A DNA stretch of 64,000 nt from Macrostomum lignano (taxonomy: Eukaryota): positions 124,001 to 188,000 of the forward strand of contig NIVC01000421.1 of NCBI GenBank assembly GCA_002269645.1. Reading direction: 5' to 3'. A model generated the notes under the pieces. The model saw only the letters and a list, made by a program, of their open reading frames with translations. It made no database searches and was not told the DNA's origin. A program made the position numbers and the translations under genes. The first letter of the stretch is position 1. The number at the start of each line of letters is the position of its first letter. This document shows, in pieces, positions 1-13,021 of the stretch.

Positions 1-853
1 CTCTTTTTGAACCCCCACAGATTTCCGAGTGCATGCAGTTTACTCCATCAGATCTCACCTCGAATTGTTCATAACTTTCAGTGTGCTACGATGGAATCTA
101 TTATCAGGATGAAAATGTGCTGCCATGGAACGACTGCCCATTGTGTCCTACGAACTGATTCAAGATTTATAATCGCCTTATAATAACTATTTATATATAA
201 TGAATCTGCACTTTTGATTCAATATTTATACACTGGCAGCAGACGTGTGTGCACATGTGCACTTATTAGTTAAAAGTGAGCACCTTGTGCGTTCATGGCA
301 ACGCACATGGAAGTACTGTCCCAATTTGCATTGCTTACGAGCTATATTTTGCCTTTATTATCTGTACACCAACATGCAGGACAGGCCGAAAATGAACAAT
401 GCACATGTGCAGTACATGATCAGCCAGTTGACTGCCAACCAGGTGTAGTTCAATCTATTATTTTTTCAAGGTTGCACGAGTATTAGGTATGCAAAACTTA
501 CTACTGTAAGTGATAATCCACTTATGCTAGATTTTATTTTATAAATCAGAAATCTTTTGATCGAAATTTGAGCAAAAAAAAGAAAGCACACATTAGACTA
601 CCAGCAGTAACTTTCCTGAAGATTATTGTTAAATCATAACTTTTCGAATTTTTTACTCAATAATTTTTTTTAATTTTAATAGTTTGAAAGGTTATCACGT
701 AGGTCCATAATCAGTCAGAATCTTTCAGACAAGCAGAAACTGCTTTAGAAGGGACAAATATGAGTAATTAATTGGTCAATATAAACAGCAGCAAAGTTGG
801 TTTCCTGCTTAATCTCAAATTGAGTTCAGAAAGATGGTTGCGATCCTTGGTTT

Positions 854-1614
854 TCAATCGAACGGTGAGACACACTGGCAGATCACGCGTTCACACTCGG
901 ACTGTTGTCAGCGAAGTCGGACAGCAGCAGGCCGTGGTGATTATCGACGGCCGTGGCATTCTCGTACACCCCTCCGTTTGGCTCGGTGGCGGCCAAGAGA
1001 CCGCTGTCGATGCTAAGGCCGCACTTCGCCCAGGACCAGCTGCCGCCCGGCTGCTGGTGTCCGCCCAGCCACACGCTGGTCAGCGGCGATAGCGACTCGT
1101 TGCGCAGCTGGTCCAGGTGAGTGAGCTCAGCCAGGTCCACACCGTTCGCCATGATGGTCAGGTCGCCGTAGGACTCGCACCGCTGCTTGCTCAGCCACCA
1201 GTTTCCGCTGCCGTTGGCCGCTCCGTACTTCACTCCGCAGCGGCTGTGGCCAAAGCCGGACGGGCACAGCGAGCCCTCGGGCAGACCGGATCGCTGCTTC
1301 ACAAACAGCCGGCCGCGCTGTGAGCAGCCGCAGTCCGAGCGCACCGTCGGGCTGCAGGCGTCGAACACGTACAGCTGGCACGTACTGTCGTCGGAATCGT
1401 CGTCCGACCTGAAGGCTTGACAGCGCTGGTTTTCGCTGCACAGCATCGCGCACTGTCGAACGCCGTTAACACCGAGGTGCGTCTCGACAAACTCGCTGGC
1501 TATGCACAGGAAAGCGTCGGACACGGCCGAGTAGCTGCTGACGATGCCGCTAGTCAGAATTGGAGGCGGAACCCCCACCACGAACAGTAGAAGCAGCATC
1601 TTCATCTTGAGCAT
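854..1614 (-). CDS. Secreted PAN/apple + C-type lectin domain protein, single exon, with a probable 1-nt frameshift near the 3' end
   Basis: ORF 883..1614 has a hydrophobic N-terminus (MLLLLFVVG), a PAN-like CAMLCSENQRCQAF motif, and CTLD motifs (WWLSKQRC, VWLGG, WSW, EPN). The terminal CTLD motif VICQ lies in the adjacent frame (VICQCVSPFD*, stop at 854-856). Confidence 0.75.
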
Positions 1615-2294
1615 AGCTTTATTGCAGGGCTTTGCAGAGGCGCGGTTTCAATCCAAATGCAACTTAGTTCCGCCACTGGTACCACCCCATGCAGTGCTCA
1701 TGGGCATGAAATACGCGCAATGAGGCCAGAAAATATGTTATGCTTTGTTGCCAAGGTAACACAATTGGTTTCTGGGGAGGGGGAGAGAATGCTTCCAATA
1801 GATTAATCGATAAACTGGATGGTCTACTCTACAGTTAGCTGCGCAAAATGTTTTAGACAATTATATTTCCTGGACTGTAAATTGACCGTGGGGATGCAGA
1901 CAGCTGAGGTTGAGACGAGAGGACCGTTGGGATGATTTTTGAGCCAATTAAATATTCCTAGCTCTCTGATTAGATGGCATGTGTGATGAGAATTAATTCT
2001 CAGTCATCGAGTTACATGTAGATAAGTTTTTATCGTTATTAGCCAACCTGTTGCTTATGACCGCTGGCTACACTCCTTTTTAATGAGCATGCAGGCTGCC
2101 CATTAGCTATAGCCGTCTGAGCTTGCGTGAACAGCATACAGCAGGCAGAATGCGGAGAATCCAACGGTTTTAATTATAAGGACTTTTAATGGACACGCCT
2201 TGTCCAAGTCTCGGCATTTGCACTGGAGGACTGTCTTGAGATATACATGTACATGTAGATGCTATGTACACTGGTATGATCGAGAGCCGATCCC

Positions 2295-3065
2295 GAAGCA
2301 ACAGAGTTTGCATGCATACATGTACAACTGTGTAAGTGCGCATGTGTACATGTACAACTGTGTAAGTGTGCATGTGTACATGTACAATTGTGTAAGTGCG
2401 CATGTGTACATGTACAACTGTGTAAGTGCGCATGTGTACATGTACAACTGTGTAAGTGTGCATGTGTACATGTACAACTGTGTAAGTGCGCATGTGTACA
2501 TGTACAATTGTGTGTAAGTGTGCATGTGTACATGTACAATTGTGTGTAAGTGTGCATGTGTACATGTACAAGTGTGTGTAAGTGTGCATGTGTACATGTA
2601 CAATTGTGTGTAAGTGTGCATGTGTACATGTACAATTGTGTGTAAGTGTGCATGTGTACATGTACAATTGTGTGTATGTGTGCATGTGTACATGTACAAT
2701 TGTGTGTAAGTGTGCATGTGTACATGTACAATTGTGTGTATGTGTGCATGTGTACATGTACAATTGTGTGTATGTGTGCATGTGTACATGTACAATTGTG
2801 TGTAAGTGTGCATGTGTACATGTACAATTGTGTGTATGTGTGCATGTGTACATGTACAATTGTGTGTAAGTGTGCATGTGTACATGTACAATTGTGTGTA
2901 AGTGTGCATGTGTACATGTACAATTGTGTGTATGTGTGCATGTGTACATGTACAATTGTGTGTATGTGTGCATGTGTACATGTACAATTGTGTGTAAGTG
3001 TGCATGTGTACATGTAAAATTGTGTGTATGTGTGCATGTGTACATGTACAATTGTGTAAGTGTGT
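2295..3065. repeat. Tandem minisatellite, 30-32 bp unit (catgtgtacatgtacaattgtgtgtaagtgtg)
   Basis: Direct reading: about 24 units, switching from 30-bp to 32-bp monomers near 2510. Confidence 0.95.
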
Positions 3066-3734
3066 GCAGCTGTCGTTTTTCGAATTGCATTGATTTGCGT
3101 AACTCAAGATCGGGCTCATAGTTGACGTTAAATTGCCCCATTCTATATAGCTTCCCCATGAGGCTGGCAGCTGCGCACACTCGCTGACCGTTAAACAAAA
3201 GTTACTCATAACTGCTGTATTTTAAGTCAATTTTGCATGAAAATTAAGTTTTACATTTTGATTTGCAAAATTCTAAATGTCGCGTGTTCTTAAAACTGCG
3301 ATGATGACCGTGCGGTTGATAACATGAATAGATTGAATGACACAGAGGTCTCTGTCAGAGAGGTCCGCGGTTTTATACCAAGCTTTGAGATGGGTGACAC
3401 GAATTGAATACCGACGTGCAATGGCTGCTCTGGGGTTTTGTAGGTCCTGATAGCAGTCAAAAACCATCGGAAATATTTGTCCAGGGCTCCTGAAGTATGA
3501 TGTTTGAATTATGCCCGGTTTCACGAAGTTTGCAACCTGCATCAGGTTGGTCGAGGTCCAGTTTATTACAGTAGTACATGTACTCGTACTGTATTTGTAC
3601 AGGAAATTTAATTTGCCTCCGAAAACTTTCACAATCGTTGAGTTTCACGTCCTGTTATTCTAGTGGTCCTTTTAGTACATGCAGACGAGTTATAATCGTG
3701 TGTCATGCTTCAAAAAGAACTAATACATGCCAGT

Positions 3735-3950
3735 TACATTATAATTCGAAGTCGCCCAGGTCGGTCGACGTAATTTCGACGTCTAAATTAAGGACTCGCT
3801 TACAATGTAAATTTACATTGTACCGACGTTCAGCCGACGTATGAAGTCGTTATCCGGCGATGTCATGTAAAAAAATATTGGCCAACGACGTCGATAGAAA
3901 TCGGAAACCGTCGGCCGATGTCGTCGACGTCGGATTTCTAGCTGTACGGA
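3735..3950. mobile_element. Degenerate copy of a CGAC/GTCG-rich MITE family ending in ...cggatttctagctgtacgg
   Basis: The end resembles the TIR tcggattgctgtacgggt of the intact copy at 36603..36748. Related remnants lie near 17210 and 20480-20560. Confidence 0.45.
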
Positions 3951-4444
3951 ATGCATATATATACAGTACTGTACATAAAATCGATTTCTTAAAAGGGGGT
4001 GGCAAATACACCAACCTATTGCCTATTAGGGAGAGGTGAAAGCTGTTTTAATTGGGGTTTTAATTTCTTGGATGTGGTTTTCTACATTGCAGTCAAATTC
4101 GTCAAATATGTCAAATATAAATGCTAAAGTGAAATATTTTAGTTGAAAGTAAAAGTCTAGCATTAGTTGACAGACTTTTATAATATTTATTAATTGTTTA
4201 TTTTTCTGATAGTTTTTATATTATTGTTTTTATTCTTGTACACATTGCAAAATATATTTAGAATTGCCTTTTTTCCGAGAACCGAACTGGAAAGTGTCGA
4301 TTGGCCTACAAACAGGCAAACAGCTCAGTTAGGCCTAGTTTAGTTTAGTCTGTATGTGCAGATATCCTCTTTAATAAGGATCGTTATTCGTTAATAAGTG
4401 TACGTCGTCAAACTTTTCCATATCTACTATACAATAAACAAGTC

Positions 4445-7400
4445 ATGAGTTCTGTTGCCCTGTGTGCTAGCTTCTTTTTTTTCTCCCTGCTTGTCAGCGT
4501 CACTTTTGCAACGTCGCAGTCAGATGCTCCATCCCCTTATCTCCAGATGTTTGATGTAAAGCCTGGAGGAGTTCAGCATGAATTCAGTATGGAACGTGTA
4601 AGTAGATTTTTTATTAGTGTGTCAATTATTATTTTATGCATTTAAAAAATGTGTTGAATATTCTATCTGTACAATTAGCAACCATTGGCTTACCATTGGA
4701 ATTTTTAATAGCACAACTTCCATACACTATGCAACTTCAGTGATGGCATAGTGTCATAGTCCAGATTGTGTTATACTAGGCCTATGCATATGAGTCAATA
4801 TAAAGATATTCATGTTCATAATATGAGGGCTGTCCCAAAATGCCAAAAGTATAGAGTTAGGCCTACTTTTTATTATATCTCTGATATCTTATTATATTAT
4901 CTCTTATTATTATCATTCTGATGTTGGGGGGGGGGGGCGTAGCCCAGCGGTAGCGCAGCTGCTCTGGTGTGCCAGCGACACAGGCTCGATTCCAAGTGCA
5001 GTCACATTAATTTGGGGCTAAATTGGAATCTTGGCTTGGCTCTGCTTGTGCAATTAATGGCCTTGAGAGCCAACCCCCAAGGCGCAGTGAAGTGTACATG
5101 CCTAACGATAAATAAAGTTAGGGCCGCTGTACACTCCTGTGTGAATGTGTGCCTGCGTACGTATCCGCGCGCTTGTATGCCTGCTCAGGGGAGTCGGCGG
5201 AATGGGCAGTAATGCCTCTCGCCGGTTGTGTGCCTATGTCGCTTAAAGTGCGCCAGGGTGCACACAACCCCCTGCCTCTAATAAAAAAAATCATTCTGAT
5301 GTTCCAAATAACATCATATTGCACAATTTTATAGTGGCAACTCTCTTTTATATTAACTTTAACATCTTTAAAATCAGACAATGGAAACAAAAGTTATGAA
5401 CAAAAATGTAGCAAGAGCTTGACCTTGACCATAGACTTAGACCATAGAAAAAGCTAGGCCTAGCAGAAAGTAGCAAAAGTACTTTTGAATGAATGCACTC
5501 AGACAAAGAGATATCTATAGAAAAACTTGGAGAAATAGACCTATAAAACTTTTAAAGTAGCAAAATATTTCCTACCTGGGCTTCAGCTTCATTGCCTTTT
5601 GTTCCCTCTTTTTGCTGCACTAAAAATCATAGATGTGCATTCAAGTGTTTTTCAAGGAAGTCTGATTTACCCTTTAGAGGACAAAGCATAGTGTAGCCAA
5701 GATTAATGTGTAACTTTTATTAGCTCATAGGTCTAATACAGTCATTTACTACAGTCATTTTACATATTTACTATATAGCTAGTTACCCATTTATTAGCTT
5801 CTACTCTAAACTTTGCTTTGCTATCTTGTTGATTTACTATAAGTCTATGGTTGAACTCCTGCTAACTTTTTGTTCATAACTTTTATTTCACATTGTTTTT
5901 AAAGATGTTAAAGTTAATATAAATAAAAGAGTTGCTGCAATAAAATGGTGCAACATGATATTGTTTTGATTATCAAAAATGTGATATAATGAAAAGTAAC
6001 ATTATTTTTGGGACAGCCTTTGTAGTATTTGATATTTGAAATCTAATTAAAAAAAAAATTATCAAATACCAGTGTTGGGCACTTCCATTACCGAGTAACT
6101 TACAAATGGTAATGCAAGTTACTTTTCCATAAAGCGTTCCTTACGCAAGTTACTTTTTTATTTTAGTAACGGAGTAACGGTAAGTTACTCAAATTTCGGA
6201 AGTCTATTACAGTTACTTTGCAACAATTGCAATATTTTAATTTAAAACTGAAATGCTTAGCTATTACGCCAGTTATCACATTTTTTTGCATTTTTCATTC
6301 CTAAATTCAAATTAAGTGAATAGTATCATGTCATGGTATTGCGCTTAAATTAATGAAGAAAAACTTGAAACATGTTTTACTTTGTTATAATTTCGGTAAA
6401 ATATTTTCGCCTTTTATTTTCAAGTTACTGAAAATTTTCAAATTTGATTCAAACAAAGAACCAACGAAAGAAATTCATCTGTAGCCTCCACAAGTCCCTC
6501 CACTGGCACTGCAGTACTTACACCATTTTATATAGTTCTATTTATTTTACTCTATTGAGTTATTCATATTCGTTTATTTTATCATTTATAATTTTAATTA
6601 TTGATTGCCATTGCCCATTGGTCCTTCTACTTGCCTCACATCGTGTCGCCAATTCCTGTCTCTGTCTGTTAATTGGATAATCTTAATGCCCAATGGCAAA
6701 TTTTGGTAACAACAATGTGAAAAAATGTGCAATGTGAAAAAAGCAGAAAATTTTGTTCATAACATGGGTAACAGAAGTAAGTAACAGACAGTAACTTAAA
6801 AGTTACCGGGTTTTTGTCTAAAGTTACTAGGCTAACGTAAGTTACTTTTTAAAAATTGGTAACTTAAGTTACAGTAACGCAAGTTACTTTTTTGAGTAAC
6901 TTGCCCAACACTGTCAAATACTAAGTATTATAAATGGTTATAATGATAAAGTTCATTGTTAAGATAGCTAAATCTATCTATCATTTCAGGATGGAATCAA
7001 ATGCACTTTCACCTATGTGTGCCAAGGTGGCACCAATGAGGTAAGCAAGTCAAGTTTTTATATTAACTAATTGTCAAATTGATAGTGGCTATTGATTTAA
7101 AATCCAGTTGCAGTTAATATATTAGCTAGAATGTTTTTTATCTTTTAGGGGTTTTGATAAATTTATAGGAGGTATTATAGATATACAAAGTTTGCTAGCA
7201 ATCTATGCCCCCTATTTGGGAACAACCATAAAGTATATAAAATGTTTTAATAAGCTATATGCATGTTTTGACCTTGCATAGTCAGTATCAGTTCGTTCAA
7301 GGAAAATGATGCTTAAAGAAAAAAATACATGAGCCCCGAAAGCAAGCCATCTAGCCTAAGAAATCAGTAACCCTTATGAGCTTTGGCATTAAAGCCTCCC

Positions 7401-8309
7401 TTTGAGCCATCACTTAGCAACTTACCACAACTCTCAATTGACACTTGGCATCTCAGCAATCCCCCCATGAGCCACAGCATTTCACCAAGAGCTTTGATGT
7501 CCCAGCAACAGCAATACCCCTCCTCCCAATAAGCCTAGACAATCTTAGCAATTCCCGATAAGCTTTGACATCTGAGCAATAGATGCTTATTAGCAATCTT
7601 GTGCCCCCCTTCGTGGCAGCCAATAAGCAAGAGACAAAAATGATTTATGAGAATCCTTTGAAATAAAAGCACATTTTCTTAAAAACATTCCTAATTCAGT
7701 TATGACATAAATCTCGTAAATCAGCTTATTTAAGTAAAATTGTTTAAAGAATGGAACGAAAAAATTGAATAAATTACATGTAGCTTCTGATCTTTTAGCC
7801 TTGATATATCTTAGCAATTCCCACAGTATGCCTTGAGATCTCAGCAATTCCCCCATGAGCATTGACATCTTAGGGAATTTCAGAGAATTTTTTCCTCTCT
7901 CGAGATCCACATTCAGGTTTGGTAAATTTGGAAACTTGCAACTTTCAAATCAAATCAGATCAGTATCAATGGGTAAAGTAACTAAAATTTGTTATTTTCT
8001 TTAAACCCCATGTTGCAGAAGTGGCGCATGTTGATTACACAAATCCACGAAGTTGGAACCTACGGCTGCGTTGTAGAACGCGAATCCGGCACCAGCTATT
8101 TATTCTTCCAATCGTTCACATTGGCCCTGCTGGGCGAAGCAGAGGCCCATCAGGCCCACGCATTCGGCAATGGCGGTCGCGAGCTGAAACCGGAAGAATT
8201 CAAATTCGACAAAGCTGCCGCTAAAGTGCAGAATAGCGACAAGTTCGGGGCTGAGTTGGCTAGGCTAGCCTTGGAATTCTCTGCCACTGGCAAGCGAAGC
8301 GATTTGTAA
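4445..8309 (+). CDS. MYDGF: Myeloid-derived growth factor (C19orf10) orthologue, 164 aa; exons 4445-4597, 6990-7040, 8019-8309
   Basis: Signal peptide plus FDVKPGGVQHEF, CTFTYVCQGGTNE, C..ERESGTSYLFFQSF, LKPEEF and C-terminal RSDL match the MYDGF family (FDVRPGG, CxFTYASQGGTNE, GKSYLYFTQF, RTEL). All introns are GT-AG, phase 0, and preserve frame. Confidence 0.95.
4829..6018. mobile_element. Foldback/MITE-like element with long imperfect inverted arms in MYDGF intron 1
   Basis: ggctgtcccaaaa (~4829) pairs with ttttgggacagcc (~6006-6018). Arm 5300-5440 is the reverse complement of ~5836-5970. No TSD was found. Confidence 0.55.
6070..6913. mobile_element. Non-autonomous hAT-type DNA transposon (844 bp)
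   Basis: 12-bp TIR CAGTGTTGGGCA...TGCCCAACACTG, perfect 8-bp TSD tcaaatac (6062-6069 and 6914-6921), and many subterminal agttac/gtaact repeats. Confidence 0.9.
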
Positions 8310-9505
8310 AGCTTTTGCCAGTGCCACGGCCTGATGCGTCATACTACTTAGCTTGTCAGTAGTTGAAAATTGTGACAGTGTATTAACTTTTTGGACTTTT
8401 GCATTGCATATTATTGTCTCAAGAACAAATCAAGGAGTAAATAAGTTTTCCTTGGCTTGTCTGTGGTAGAACTTCATGAAACAAATAGTTTGATAAACTT
8501 GTGAATTGCATCTTGGACACAACACGTGCTGGCTTCGTTTGGAATTGATTTAAGTGTCTGTCACTTCACAGTAGTGACCTCTGATAAATGACCGATGGAC
8601 AGGATGTCCGCCTTGCTATGTCCCGCGGCCTCCAGATTGCAGATCCTGGTGAACCCTAGGAGAAGATGAACATAACATATATTCATAGTCCATAAGGTAG
8701 GGTATAGGGAGTTTAGTGCTAATAACTGAAATTGACACAATTTGGAGTGCAACGAGCTCCTGACGTATCAGCTCTCCAGCAGTCAAATCTGAGTTTTTTC
8801 CTCGATTGCCTCTTCTGCCTAGAAGTTGTTTTGCACTTTATTCAATGTAATTGATCGCCACTGCTCCATCGTGTCTTGGGCCAGTTCAACTTGTCTATAA
8901 AATTCACATTTTAGTTACATTTTTCTGTTGACCCTATGCTATTAAATCTAAAATGATACTTCTTTTCTATTCTAGTTGTGTTAGTGCTTTTTCATTTCAC
9001 AATTACTGGTTCTACTGGCTATGTGCTTAGTAAGAATATAGAATTTAGTTACTGTACCTTGACTTCTACTATTCAATATTGTAATACTGTTATTTTTTGT
9101 GCCAATGCCAATAAATGCTGAATGAATTACTGGGTGTTTTCTGGTTTATCCTACTCGATAATTAATTAGCAATTTAAAGTTTTATTATACTTTTTATTTA
9201 ATTTTTTACTACCGTAAGTAGCAACTGTAGGCTTGTCTAAGAATGATAAGTCAAACTAGACTTTTTACAGAATAAGCAAAATAAGCGAGATTTTAAACAA
9301 AATAATTTTGGACAATAATAAGAAACTTTTCTATGAGAAATATCAGAAATCTTAGACGCAAATTAGTGAGTGCGGACAAATAAAGAAAATCCTAACAATT
9401 ATTATACATAACTGATATTGTCTTATTGTGTACAGATTTCATTTGCTGAAAATCTATTTTTGGATTTTTTCATAGAAACATTTCTGTTGCGAGCGTACGA
9501 TTACA

Positions 9506-11792
9506 CTAATCGCAGAATAGAGTTTCCACCGTCTCTACCATTGAATTCCGTTGCGTCTTTCTGAAGAGCCCAACAAATTTTCGCCAGTAGCGCAAAAGAT
9601 CTGCAAACATTTGCCAGATGAAAATTATGTGATCGAACCGGGTCAATTGGTGCACCAAATCGAAGTTGGCCGCGATGCTTTTGAACTCGTTGGACACGTA
9701 GGCGATGAGGAAGTTCTGTATGTTGATGGTGACTATCAGAACGAACATCGTGTGCAGCATGGCTGTCGAAGGTCGAGCCTGGGACAAGTTGGCCGTGTTG
9801 ACGAAAATCCTCAGTGGCGAGTAGAACACGGAGAAGTGCGACTCAAACTCGGCCTTGTCGAAGTCGACCATGAAGAAGAGCGTGCCGAACACAAAGTAGG
9901 CCCAGATGAAGAACAGGGGCACGGCCGCGATGAACCGGCTGAACATCTTTCGAAAGCAGATTCCCAGGAAAGCGAATCGCTTGAACTTCAACTCGAACCC
10001 GCCGGTGAAGCAGAGCATGGCGAAGAACATGTACATCACAGCGGAGCCTTCTGTCACGTGTATAGCCCAGCTATTAGCATATCTTTTCGACCTGCCGAAT
10101 ACAAAGTCGGTGCAGTCGAGGGAGCTCATAAGCAAAATTGAGCCAATCAGATGCTGCAAGCCACAAATAAGCATTGCCGCCATTGAGACAGTGATGAATT
10201 CGTTCCTGACGAAGTACTCACCCCGGACTTTAAACCGGCTATCAATGCGGTACAGAGGAGATCTTTTTGCCAGACTAAATTTTGCTACTCCAAAAAGCAA
10301 AGCTAAAAACTTAATAAAAAGAATGCAGGCAATGATATATTGGTTGATGACGATATTTGACACCACATTCTTCCTAGTAGCGCAGTAGAAGTAGATTGGC
10401 GATGTCTTCACGCACGCAGCGCCTCGAGATCCGTTTTTCAGGAACCTGACTAAGTTATCTGGGCGGCAGGCACTTCGCACAGCATCTTCATTTCTGGCAT
10501 TTGAACTATTTGCATTTGCGTTCATATTGGGGAGGAATGCTTCTTTAATTTCATTTGCAAAGTCGTCGAAGCCTTTGTCCAATTCATAAGCATGCTGAGC
10601 CATCGCGACAAGCATTTTGAAGTTAAATGTCAACGGAGTCAGCTGGAAAAGCAAAAATCCAAAAAACATCGACACTACCAAGTATGTCCATCTCATATCA
10701 AGGTAAATTGTATTAATCCACTTGTCAACAAGAAGGCCAGCCTGCATCAGGTTCGATCTTCTCAGCGCCGGAACCTGCTGCATTCGAGTTTCGTTCAGCA
10801 TTAGAATCGGAGTCTTGCTTCTTCTAACCCCGAATGTCACGTCGTATTCCGATAGGTTGTACTTTTTATACACTCGAGTGCCTGTCAAGTGTTCTTCAAT
10901 CTTGATGTAGTTGTCAACTTCAGCAATTTTTTGGAATGTGCTGTACGCCCCGATTTGCATAGCGAACTCAATCGGTCTCAGGCCGGCTTTGTTCTCCATC
11001 AGGCAGAGCGCGTGAAGAAACGATTTGGGCTGCCTGTGGGTGTCGAAAAGAATGGCAATCATCTGATTGGTAATGCAAACAATAAAAGGCTTTTGAAAAC
11101 TTTTTGCAATCTAGATATTTCAATCAACAGCTAGCTAGATAAACAGCCGTCTAGATTGAAATCAATTTAAATCGGACTCCTCGGAATGAACTCCAGACGG
11201 CTCACTCTGTCCCGACTGGCAAGCCGCAGTATCCGGCCGCTGTCTCCTTGTCGCAGCTGCAGTTGGGCTCACCGACCTCGGCCAGGATTTTGAACGCGCC
11301 CGACTCGAACTCGTCCAGCAGCTGCAGCTCCGCCTCGGACGGCTCGCCGCCTCGCCGACCCTCTCGCAGGACTCGAGCTTTGGCCAGCGAGTGCAGCAGG
11401 TTGCTGCCGTCTGCATCGTCCAGAACGGCGAGCGACTTCCAGCAGCAACAGCTGGTCAGAGTCTTTCTGACCAGAAACTCCAGAGTTCGCCCAGCCGAGT
11501 AGTGAACTGCCAGGTGGTGCATCCGGCCGGATTCCGTCTCTGCATCGCTGCTGCTGGGCATGTTGAATGTCAAGCGGTGATGGAGCAACCGATCTGGTGG
11601 AATTTGAGCCAACTCGAGCTCTGCTGCCAGCTTGTCAGGCCGGTCTCTGCGGATGAGAGCAGCCAGACTGAGAGACAGTCGGTTGTCCAGCACACCGCTA
11701 TCATCGACAGAATCCTGCTCTGGAAGCCTTGAGCCGGACTCCGAATCTTCCAGTGTCACAGGAGCTACACGTATCTGCTTTGACGCAGCCAT
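9506..11792 (-). CDS. Divergent TRPV-like (ankyrin + 6TM) cation channel, copy a, about 690 aa; exons 11792-11277 and 11062-9506
   Basis: Ankyrin-like motifs (HHLAVHYS, DGSNLLHSLA, NKAGLRPIEFAMQIG), YNLSEYD linker, S4-S5 linker FLGICFRKMF, and S6 INIQNFLIAYVSNEF resemble TRPV5/6 (NxxGLTPFKLA, LYDLTEID, NLLIAMMGDT). A phase-0 intron 11063-11276 (AG|GTCGGT...CAG) joins the two ORFs. Confidence 0.8.
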
Positions 11793-13021
11793 AATCTGTC
11801 GAATATTTTAGGCCTATAAATGATTCGACAGAGAGCATGTCTTTCTGGACCGAACGAAGCTTTTTTAAAAGCTGCTTTGTTTGTCTAATAGCCAATTAAT
11901 TCTACGATTTTTCCTGTTAACTCAATTTGATTAGCGAAATAGGAATGGAAAAGACATATTTGACCAATTTGCCTAACCTAATGTGTGTGGTCCATACTGC
12001 AGTCACCCATCATTAATTTATTAGCCTTTCGTTCAACATTTGCGTGTCTTCGATCAATACGAATCGGGGCGCTTGGGTCAATATGGCGTATATTGTTTGA
12101 GCTGATCTCTAGCTACAGTGGCAATGCATGCAACTCTAATTTTGACCAAATGGATTTCTGTCTACTCAACAGCTTTGGCTACGCACTGCAATCTTCTAAG
12201 CATCATGCATATTTGACTACAGTACTAGTAAGTAAATTCATGGGGTCGCCATCATAAACCCGAAATATCATAACTCCGAAAACCAAAATAGTGTTGGACA
12301 TTGCTAGAAATTTTGGAGCTACATGTATGATATTTCGGGTTTATGATGGAAAGCGCTTTTCAGAGTCGTGATTTTTCGTGTTTGTGATGCCCCCTCCCCC
12401 AATTCATGGCTAATCACCTAGACAGATTGGTATTAATTTGATATATGAGAGACAGCTTATTATAATACGTTTTTATTTTACTGTTCCATTTAGCACTCTG
12501 CATACAATTTTAGTACTTTAGTACCCATAAATATTTTCCACGTTGGACACCATAACTTTGTTATATTCTTGATTACTAAACAGCTATAAGATAAATGTAA
12601 ATAAGTACAAAAAATGTAAATTCTGGTTGCCATCTGATCTGAAACACATGCACTTGTGTTTAGATGTGAGATCTGAGAAACAGACACAGACACGTATCTG
12701 ATCGGGATCGGCGTCTGATCACATTGCATAGACCCTCTCTGGTCGGACAGATAAAACATTTGTGCTTGCATGTTCACTTGCGTCTAAACTAATCCCCGGA
12801 TTTTTAAGTTTAAAGGTACAATATCTGATACTTTATGCTTGATAGGCGCAGTAACTGTCTGTGGCTTTCAAAGCTGATTTGACGTTAATACGTAATATAT
12901 CTCCTTCCAACTAAATAGTTGCAATAATTTTTTTGCTTGTCATCATAAAGTCTAAATTAAGAGTAAGAGTGTAATTGTTATCAAATCTAATAATTAAGTA
13001 ATCCAGGAGAGCAACAATCCG

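Noticed and set aside
2170-3209. Long His/Cys/Thr-rich ORFs on both strands
   Set aside because: They are translations of the stop-free 30-32-bp minisatellite, open in several frames, with no splice context or domain.
9551-10141. Charged antisense ORF conserved in both TRPV copies (also 23961..24386)
   Set aside because: It is the expected antisense shadow of TM-coding sequence. Its conservation follows from the near-identical sense strand, and its start and end differ between copies.
11202-11276. Readthrough of TRPV exon 1 to the stop at 11202 as a short ankyrin-only protein (also 25613-25687)
   Set aside because: A phase-0 intron joining the channel exon explains both copies. An intron-retained isoform cannot be excluded without RNA data.
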